Shown in pieces: positions 57,788 to 64,000 of a DNA stretch of 64,000 bases. The notes below the pieces were generated by a model. That model saw only the letters and a list, made by a program, of their open reading frames with translations. It ran no database searches and was not told the origin of the DNA. Both the position numbers and the translations under genes were made by a program. Origin of the DNA: a virus (lineage: Duplodnaviria; Caudoviricetes); the IMG/VR virus record IMGVR_UViG_2693429913_000006, positions 959-64,958 of that record; one strand, 5' to 3'. The stretch's first letter is position 1. Each line of letters begins with the position of its first letter.

Positions 57788-58168
57788 TTGATAGGTGGGT
57801 ATTCTATGGCATTAAAACCACTTCGCCCATGTAATAAGCCGTATTGTAATGAGTTGACCCGTGACCGCTACTGTGAGCATCATATGACAGAGCTAACGCG
57901 TAGTGATAGAGAGCGAGAGACCGCAGGCAAGAGAGGATATAATAGGCGGTGGAGGAAGGCGCGAGAGTATCATTTATCTATGTTCCCTGTGTGTGTAGTC
58001 TGTGGTAGATCGGCAACAGTAGTAGACCATATTAAGGCACACAAGGGTAATCATTCTTTGTTTTGGGAACCGAACAACTGGCAGAGCATGTGCGCAAGCT
58101 GTCACCAAGCGAAAACAAACCGCGAAGATGGTGGATACGGAAATATTTTAAAGCCCCCCCGCAGCTGA
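57788..58168 (+). CDS. packaging-associated HNH endonuclease (HK97 gp74-like)
   Basis: PC....C..L....YC.HH, RGY.RRW, CVVC..ATVVDHI..H.G...LFW..NNWQSMC.SCH..KT. Confidence 0.92.
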   Translation: MIGGYSMALKPLRPCNKPYCNELTRDRYCEHHMTELTRSDRERETAGKRGYNRRWRKAREYHLSMFPVCVVCGRSATVVDHIKAHKGNHSLFWEPNNWQSMCASCHQAKTNREDGGYGNILKPPRS

Positions 58169-58223
58169 AACTTTTTTTCTCTGTCCGTAGACCAGACTGG
58201 GGTTTCATACGCACAAAATTCCC
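58152..58223. other. probable cos packaging site
   Basis: CCCCCCC...GACCAGACTGGGG...CACAAAATTCCC between HNH and terS, the usual position and pattern in Bacillota cos phages. Confidence 0.6.
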
Positions 58224-58307
58224 TAAATGAAAACTTTTTTTAAGGGAACAAATCCTTTTCTTTACTTATTTTCCCTTTTATTATTTTGGATAAGGAAGGT
58301 ATAAAAT

Positions 58308-58841
58308 ATGGCTAGACCACCACAACCAATAGATTTAATCGTATACAAAGGAAGAAAAAATGTAACTAAAGAGGAAGTTAAGGAACGGAAAAAGCGAGAA
58401 GTAAAGGCCCCGTCTGATAAGGTCAAAGCTCCTTCGTATTTACCAACTCATCTAAAAAAAGAGTTCACTAAAATTTCTAAGCAACTAATCGAAGTAGGAA
58501 TAATGTCCAATCTAGATATAGATGCGTTGGCACGATACTTACTATCGCGTGAAATGTATATAAGGATAAGCGACCAGCTTCTACAAACTGATTTGACTAT
58601 TACCAAGGTTAAAGAGAAAAAAGATGATCAAGGCAATGTTATTGAAGAAATTACAGAAATCGAAGTTAATAAGACATACTCCAAATTACTCATAAATCAG
58701 GATCGTCTTTTTAAGCAGTGTCGGGTTGCGGCTGCCGATTTAGGGCTTACTATTTCATCTAGATGTAAATTAGTTGTTCCGCCCAAAGAAGAAAAGATAG
58801 AGAAGACCGAAGAAGAAAAACTGTTTGGTGATGCACTGTGA
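58308..58841 (+). CDS. terS: terminase small subunit (P27 family)
   Basis: MARP.QPI, APSYL, MSNLDIDALARY, DLGLTISSRCKL. Confidence 0.92.
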   Translation: MARPPQPIDLIVYKGRKNVTKEEVKERKKREVKAPSDKVKAPSYLPTHLKKEFTKISKQLIEVGIMSNLDIDALARYLLSREMYIRISDQLLQTDLTITKVKEKKDDQGNVIEEITEIEVNKTYSKLLINQDRLFKQCRVAAADLGLTISSRCKLVVPPKEEKIEKTEEEKLFGDAL

Positions 58842-60526
58842 TAGAGTCTTTATTTGCAAGAATATACAATTATAGTCTTGATATAGTAGAAGGAAAGACT
58901 ATTGCAAGTAAAAAACATATAGCAGCGTGTAGCCGTTTTTTAAAGAATATAGAGGGGATTCCCCACGATGATTACCCCTATGAATTTGATGCGGAAGAGA
59001 TGTATAAATTCTACAAGTGGTCATGCATGTTCAAACATACAAAAGGTGTACTTGCAGGGAAACGGATTGAATTAACGGATTTTCAATTGTTCGTGTCTGC
59101 TAATATATTTTGTTGGAAGCGTAAAGATGATGGGTTGCGTAGGTTCCGGAAGGTTTATATACAGTTGGCCAGAAAGAACGCTAAGTCACAGTTGCTTGCG
59201 CTCATATCATCCTATCTAACTTTCTTGTCAAATCAACAAGAGGAATGCTATATAGCTGGATGGGGGCGGGAACAATCGGGTATTGTGTATGGAGAAATAT
59301 TGGGTCAAATTAAATCTTGTGAGTTAATTAATGATAAGTATAAGGATTCATACGGCCGTATCACTCATTTAAAAAGCGGTTCAGTTATTCAACCGTTGTC
59401 AAAAGAAGCGAGAAAAACTGGTGATGGAAAAAATCCAAGTATAGCCGTTATTGATGAGTTCCATGTACATGAAACATCAGAAATATATGATGTTTTGGTA
59501 TCGGGTATGGTGGCCCGTCCCTCGCCGCTTATTGTGATCATTACAACAGCAGGATTTAATTTGAATGCACCTTGCTTTAAGGAATATCAATATGTATCGA
59601 ACATTTTAGATTCCAATTCCCCTGTTGAGAATGAAGAGTACTTTATAATGGTGTGCGAATTGGATCGAGATGATGATATAAAAGATGAATCAGTTTGGAT
59701 CAAGGCAAATCCCATCGTTGCTACTTACGATGAAGGAATGAACTTTCTTCGTAGTGAATTGCGATCCGCGTTGGATGTTCCAGAAAAGATGCGGAATTTC
59801 CTAACGAAGAATATGAACCGATGGGTCGACATGAAGGAAAATGGATACATGCCGATGGATCGATGGATGGAGTGTGGAGTCGATCAACTTCCCGATCTGT
59901 ACGGGTACGAGTGTTTTGTCGGTGTCGACTTGTCGACGAAAATTGATTTAACCTCTATCTCTTTTGTTTTCCCCTATGATGGGAACTATGTTGTAATCAG
60001 TCACTCATTCATGCCCGAAGATGCTCTACAGGAGCGGGTGAAGACGGATAAGGTTCCGTATGATTTATGGGTTTCCCAAGGTTGGATTACTACTACACCG
60101 GGATCGGTTGTTGACTATCGTTTTATTGAAAGCTACCTTGAGAACAAGGTTTTAAATAACGGATGGATCGTAAAAGAATGTTGTTACGACCCATTTAACG
60201 CTACACAATTTGCGCAGCAGCTGGAGACCGAAGGCTACATAATGGTAGAGATACGGCAAGGAATGAAGACTTTATCCGAGCCAACTAAAAATTTTCGTGA
60301 ACTTGTCCTCTCTAAGAGGATTATTCATGACCGCAATCCTGTTTTGGGTTGGGCGATTGGAAATGCTGTTATTCGGCAAGATCAGAACGAAAACATAATG
60401 TTAGATAAGAACAAGTCGTCAAACCGCATTGACCCTATAGCGAGCTTGATTAACGCGCATGTTCGGTCGATGGTAGTGGGTGTGGACCTGAATCACCATA
60501 TACTGCAAGATGACTTTAGTTTTTAG
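58838..60526 (+). CDS. terL: terminase large subunit
   Basis: ARKNAKS Walker A, VIDEFH, ITTAG, W.KANP, GVDLS..IDLT, YDPFNA, RIDP. Confidence 0.96.
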   Translation: MIESLFARIYNYSLDIVEGKTIASKKHIAACSRFLKNIEGIPHDDYPYEFDAEEMYKFYKWSCMFKHTKGVLAGKRIELTDFQLFVSANIFCWKRKDDGLRRFRKVYIQLARKNAKSQLLALISSYLTFLSNQQEECYIAGWGREQSGIVYGEILGQIKSCELINDKYKDSYGRITHLKSGSVIQPLSKEARKTGDGKNPSIAVIDEFHVHETSEIYDVLVSGMVARPSPLIVIITTAGFNLNAPCFKEYQYVSNILDSNSPVENEEYFIMVCELDRDDDIKDESVWIKANPIVATYDEGMNFLRSELRSALDVPEKMRNFLTKNMNRWVDMKENGYMPMDRWMECGVDQLPDLYGYECFVGVDLSTKIDLTSISFVFPYDGNYVVISHSFMPEDALQERVKTDKVPYDLWVSQGWITTTPGSVVDYRFIESYLENKVLNNGWIVKECCYDPFNATQFAQQLETEGYIMVEIRQGMKTLSEPTKNFRELVLSKRIIHDRNPVLGWAIGNAVIRQDQNENIMLDKNKSSNRIDPIASLINAHVRSMVVGVDLNHHILQDDFSF

Positions 60527-60616
60527 GAGATTGATTATGTAAAGGATAAGTAACTTTATGTAACGAACTATAGAACATGAGTATAGGAGGGTTAGAGGTA
60601 AAAGAGAGATGATTTT

Positions 60617-61102
60617 ATGTATAATCAACAATTAATTGTAGGTCTTGCCGAACTTCCTGATTCATTGGATATTCGTAATACATATCGCTATAAACCTAAA
60701 AATGCTCTATGGTCTTCATCTTGGATAGATGGAAGTAGTGCATGGGTTGAATGGTGTCAATTAGAGGATTTTGGTATTCCGGAGGATGGAGTATGGAGTG
60801 GATATATCATCCAAGCTCGACCGAATGCGAACATCATACAAATCGATAGCTTTAAAGATTTGGAGAAACTTCACTCTAAATACTCTATCATTTATTCTGC
60901 GGATTCTTTTTTTCTAGGAACTCTCGATTTCGAATCCATGCGGAAGAATGGTATAGATGGAATCCATCTTACAGCCAACGGAGAATATGCAACGCGTTAC
61001 ACCAAGACGGGTCTTTATGGATGGGATTGCGAATCTACTTGTTGGCTTAGTTTAGCTTTTGATGTCGTGGAAAGCGTTCAATTTCCCGTTCGTAATATCT
61101 AG
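60617..61102 (+). CDS. hypothetical Trp-rich protein
   Basis: KPKNALWSSS..W.EWC..DGIHLT..LYGWDCES motif series. Confidence 0.65.
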   Translation: MYNQQLIVGLAELPDSLDIRNTYRYKPKNALWSSSWIDGSSAWVEWCQLEDFGIPEDGVWSGYIIQARPNANIIQIDSFKDLEKLHSKYSIIYSADSFFLGTLDFESMRKNGIDGIHLTANGEYATRYTKTGLYGWDCESTCWLSLAFDVVESVQFPVRNI

Positions 61103-61229
61103 TAGTATACGTTTACAGGTATTGGGCGAAACTAATAAGCAACCTATAGGTGTTCCTAAGTTAAAGCGGGCTGTCATTTTAAATGATAGCCCGCTTTCTT
61201 GCGGTCCTATCGGAACTACTGTAGGCTCA

Positions 61230-61850
61230 CTATTTAGGATGTTTCCGCTGCTTCTTTAGTTCACGATACAATGCGGCCCTACTAACTTGTGTGATTTCGC
61301 ATATCGCATCTATGGTCATTTTGTTTTGATCTCGTTCGTTTGCCAGCTCAACAGCGTAATTCATACCCTTATGATGCTCATGGTATTTTTTCACCCGTCC
61401 TTTGTACTTTCCGTCTGCTTTGGCTTGTGCAATACCCGCCTTTTGTCGCTCCAGCATTAATTCCCGTTCGAATTCGGCGAATGATGCTAGTTGTGTAAGA
61501 AATAGTTTTCCTGTGGGAGTAGATACATCAATCTGCGCACCTGCAAAATTTAAGATGACCATGCTTACGCCTTTTTTCTTCAGCTCTTGTGCGACAGTCA
61601 AAGCATCGATAGTGGAGCGGGCGAACCGATCCAATTTGGTAAAAACAATTTTGTCGCCTGATTGTGTAATGTGAATCAACTTTTGTAACTCATGTCGGTC
61701 ATCGAGATTTTTTCCACTTACAATTTCTTGGTAGATGATATCGACCCCATATTTATTTAGTTCATCAATTTGAAGCTTAATATCTTGGTGGTCAGTTGAT
61801 ACCCGTGCATAGCCAAAAACGGCCATAATCTCACCTCTATTTTGAGACAT
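61230..61850 (-). CDS. small serine recombinase (resolvase), likely start 61826
   Basis: GYARVST.HQ, GD.IV.TKLDRFARS, TPTGKL, AEFERELMLERQ.AGI..AK..GKYKGR, C-terminal HTH. Confidence 0.95.
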   Translation of the reverse strand: MSQNRGEIMAVFGYARVSTDHQDIKLQIDELNKYGVDIIYQEIVSGKNLDDRHELQKLIHITQSGDKIVFTKLDRFARSTIDALTVAQELKKKGVSMVILNFAGAQIDVSTPTGKLFLTQLASFAEFERELMLERQKAGIAQAKADGKYKGRVKKYHEHHKGMNYAVELANERDQNKMTIDAICEITQVSRAALYRELKKQRKHPK

Positions 61851-61935
61851 GTATTTGAGACTGTCCCAATGCTGATTATATCAGGAGTGAAAAAATGTAT
61901 CAATAGACTAGGGTTAATTGAGACATTTTGAGAAA
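61840..61935. promoter_or_regulatory. probable res site of resolvase 2
   Basis: Repeated TTGAGAC(A) half-sites upstream of the recombinase. Confidence 0.5.
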
Positions 61936-62009
61936 TGTGTGATACAATATTCTTACATTGACATATGTAAGTTTCCTATCATTTTCGTACATTCAAAGGA
62001 GATATTGAA

Positions 62010-62354
62010 ATGGAATTAACAAAGAACATCAAACACGACATAAACGAAAAGGAAATAATTCAGTGGGTGGCAGATAACGTAGATGAGGGGTGGTTCGACC
62101 GACAGTATAACCACTCTAACTTCGGTTGTAAGTGCGGTCGTGGAGAAATGAATAGTGGGACACATCCCCTTGTAGCTTGGTGGACAGAGGATAACATTTT
62201 CACGGATAACAATGATGAGGAAATTGAGAAGGATCACTGGTTGTATAATCTTTGCGAGCTTCTTAAAAAACATAACCTCCATAGAGACGGAGGATTGAAC
62301 GTGTACCATTGTGCAACCTGTGGTGAATGGGCTGTGTGTGCGCACGATGCTTAA
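62010..62354 (+). CDS. hypothetical Zn-binding protein
   Basis: CKCG..HCATCGEW; AAAGGAG RBS. Confidence 0.6.
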   Translation: MELTKNIKHDINEKEIIQWVADNVDEGWFDRQYNHSNFGCKCGRGEMNSGTHPLVAWWTEDNIFTDNNDEEIEKDHWLYNLCELLKKHNLHRDGGLNVYHCATCGEWAVCAHDA

Positions 62355-62369
62355 AAGGGGAGGGGACTC

Positions 62370-62977
62370 AAATGTCACATACATTCACTGATTGGTACTG
62401 TCCGACTTGTGAAATACATAAGTCAACAAACACCTTTACTTTCGAATCTGACCCTCACATATGCAAATATTGCTACAAGACAATGAAAAAGGTAAAAGAA
62501 AGACCGCCTGAGATCATACCTTGCTCATACTGCGGTATAAGAACAGAATATAACAACGAACTTCGCGCATGCTCTAACTGTTACGATATTTGGATTAATG
62601 AATTTTGACTTAAAGGGGATAAAAAATGAAAGAAGTAGTTGTAAACAAAGCATACATAATCGATGTTTTGAATTCAGCTAAAAGAGGAAATCCCCGTCGA
62701 TTGTGTTATGAAAATAAAGTGATTGATGTTTTATACGGCTATCCTGAAGGTTCATGGGCTATCTTTGTTGATAATCGTGGGATTATCAACGAGCATGATA
62801 TCGACAGGGCAATTTCTACCCTAAATATGTTGTTGAATTCGGATTACGAAAGCACAGGCGTTTTGCCAGAGATGATTCAGGAGCAAGGAGAACCGTGTGA
62901 TAAATGCACGAAACTTACGGAGTTGTATATGGTCATGGAAGACGGGCGTAAATTATGCCCGCGTTGTAGTCGTATGT
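62370..62977 (+). repeat. 608-bp direct repeat, copy 2
   Basis: Matches 21569-22176. Confidence 0.95.
62372..62608 (+). CDS. small zinc-finger protein (copy 2)
   Basis: MSHTFTDWYCPTC..., GGGGAGGGG RBS. Confidence 0.7.
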   Translation: MSHTFTDWYCPTCEIHKSTNTFTFESDPHICKYCYKTMKKVKERPPEIIPCSYCGIRTEYNNELRACSNCYDIWINEF

Positions 62978-62979
62978 AA
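62626..62979 (+). CDS. hypothetical protein (copy 2, intact stop)
   Basis: 117 aa ending CPRCSRM-TAA. Confidence 0.7.
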   Translation: MKEVVVNKAYIIDVLNSAKRGNPRRLCYENKVIDVLYGYPEGSWAIFVDNRGIINEHDIDRAISTLNMLLNSDYESTGVLPEMIQEQGEPCDKCTKLTELYMVMEDGRKLCPRCSRM

Positions 62980-63019
62980 GATATCATCTATTTCATACAT
63001 TCGATAGGGAGGTTAATTA

Positions 63020-64000
63020 ATGACTCAGCAAATTAATCCGCTGTTGTTGAAGGAAACGTGGACATGTTCAACCTGCTACCATGTATTCCTCAAAGTTGGG
63101 GATTCTGATGACCCCTCAAAGATAACCTGCTTACATTGTGGGAATCAAGAAGGTATTGAGGAATGTTCAGAATGTGGGTCTACCTTGCAAGAGGGCAGAT
63201 GTCCCTATCCATTGCTTCATCATTGCGATAATCATGATAATCATGCAACAGAACCTATCGAGATCAAGGGGGACACACATATGAGATATACCAATCCCAA
63301 AATCCTAAACACTTCATATGATCCAAAACTAGCAGAAGAAGGTTACCATGAGTGCCAAGATTGCGGATGCGCATTTGTCCCTCACCCTTGGCCTCGCGAC
63401 TATATCTACTGTGGCCGTTGTCTTTTTGACCTTGATGTTAGGGAAGAAGTAGAAAGATTCATGGAATTAGACGATGTAAATAAAGAAGAGATTATCTATC
63501 ACTTAGTAAAAAATCTTGGCCATAGTGCCTATGAAAAGTTTTCCGAACTGATTGACAAGGAGGAGCAAGTGCTACCAAAGGTTGAATCGGCAAACAAAAA
63601 TATTTTTTCTGAAGCATTTCAAGTCGTATCTGTTCAAGAAGAGTTGATTGAGAACCGAAAGCAATTGGACGAGCTGAATCAACAACTAGAGCATGACCAA
63701 AAATACTTCAATGAGACAGGGAAATCCCGTATCTCCACAGATGAATATCAGGAATTGAATCGTAGAATGAAACAACTGGAGAAGGAGTATCATTCGGCTA
63801 TCCATCAGGAAGTAAGCCGCTTGATTAAGTTAGAGGGTGTCTATGACCCTAGAGATGACTGGTATCAAACAGGCTTGTATGCTGGAGCATATCAATTCAG
63901 ACCACTCGATGGATTAAAAGATTACAAATACATCGAGGCAGAAAATGTGTATGAAGCGTGGGACAACTTGATCCATGAACTAAATCTAAGCGAGGCTTGA
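63020..64000 (+). CDS. multi-zinc-finger protein with coiled coil
   Basis: Several CxxC pairs, GGGAGG RBS, stop at the window end. Confidence 0.65.
   Translation: MTQQINPLLLKETWTCSTCYHVFLKVGDSDDPSKITCLHCGNQEGIEECSECGSTLQEGRCPYPLLHHCDNHDNHATEPIEIKGDTHMRYTNPKILNTSYDPKLAEEGYHECQDCGCAFVPHPWPRDYIYCGRCLFDLDVREEVERFMELDDVNKEEIIYHLVKNLGHSAYEKFSELIDKEEQVLPKVESANKNIFSEAFQVVSVQEELIENRKQLDELNQQLEHDQKYFNETGKSRISTDEYQELNRRMKQLEKEYHSAIHQEVSRLIKLEGVYDPRDDWYQTGLYAGAYQFRPLDGLKDYKYIEAENVYEAWDNLIHELNLSEA

Larger units (their letters stand above)
22177..62977 (+). mobile_element. 40.8-kb HK97-like cos siphophage-plasmid, circularly permuted and cointegrated
   Basis: Portal-to-lysin at left, HNH-cos-terS-terL at right, Rep + ParM/ParR, no integrase; bracketed by 608-bp direct repeats. 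Confidence 0.8.

Overview
Low-GC Bacillota (Bacillales-type) extrachromosomal DNA with no housekeeping genes, rRNA, tRNA or CRISPR array. It reads as two replicons joined together. (1) About 1-21.6 kb and 63-64 kb belong to a large plasmid or phage-like replicon. It carries ParA plus partner, a Cro/CI-like regulator, an HTH replication initiator with intragenic iterons, a full-length DnaB followed by an N-terminally truncated, motif-altered DnaB, NucB, an orphan VbhA-like antitoxin, cell-envelope cargo, an AbrB/PemK locus followed by a separately promoted array of structured RNA repeats, and a serine resolvase. (2) 22177-62977 is an apparently complete 40.8 kb HK97-like cos siphophage-plasmid: head, tail and lysis genes, a Replic_Relax/ATPase transfer-like module, its own Rep with an antisense-RNA-like leader, ParM/ParR, early cassettes, HNH-cos-terS-terL and a resolvase, but no integrase. 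It is opened between terL and portal and bracketed by 608-bp near-identical direct repeats (21569-22176 and 62370-62977), which fits a cointegrate or an assembly join. Notable non-coding elements are a Tn5401-like MITE with TSD and internal resolution site, a ~335-nt rod-like imperfect hairpin ahead of the head genes, two 20-bp-phased TGATATCA arrays flanking the transfer module, and a repeated promoter/leader cassette. All calls come from reading the sequence and recalling motifs; no searches were run.
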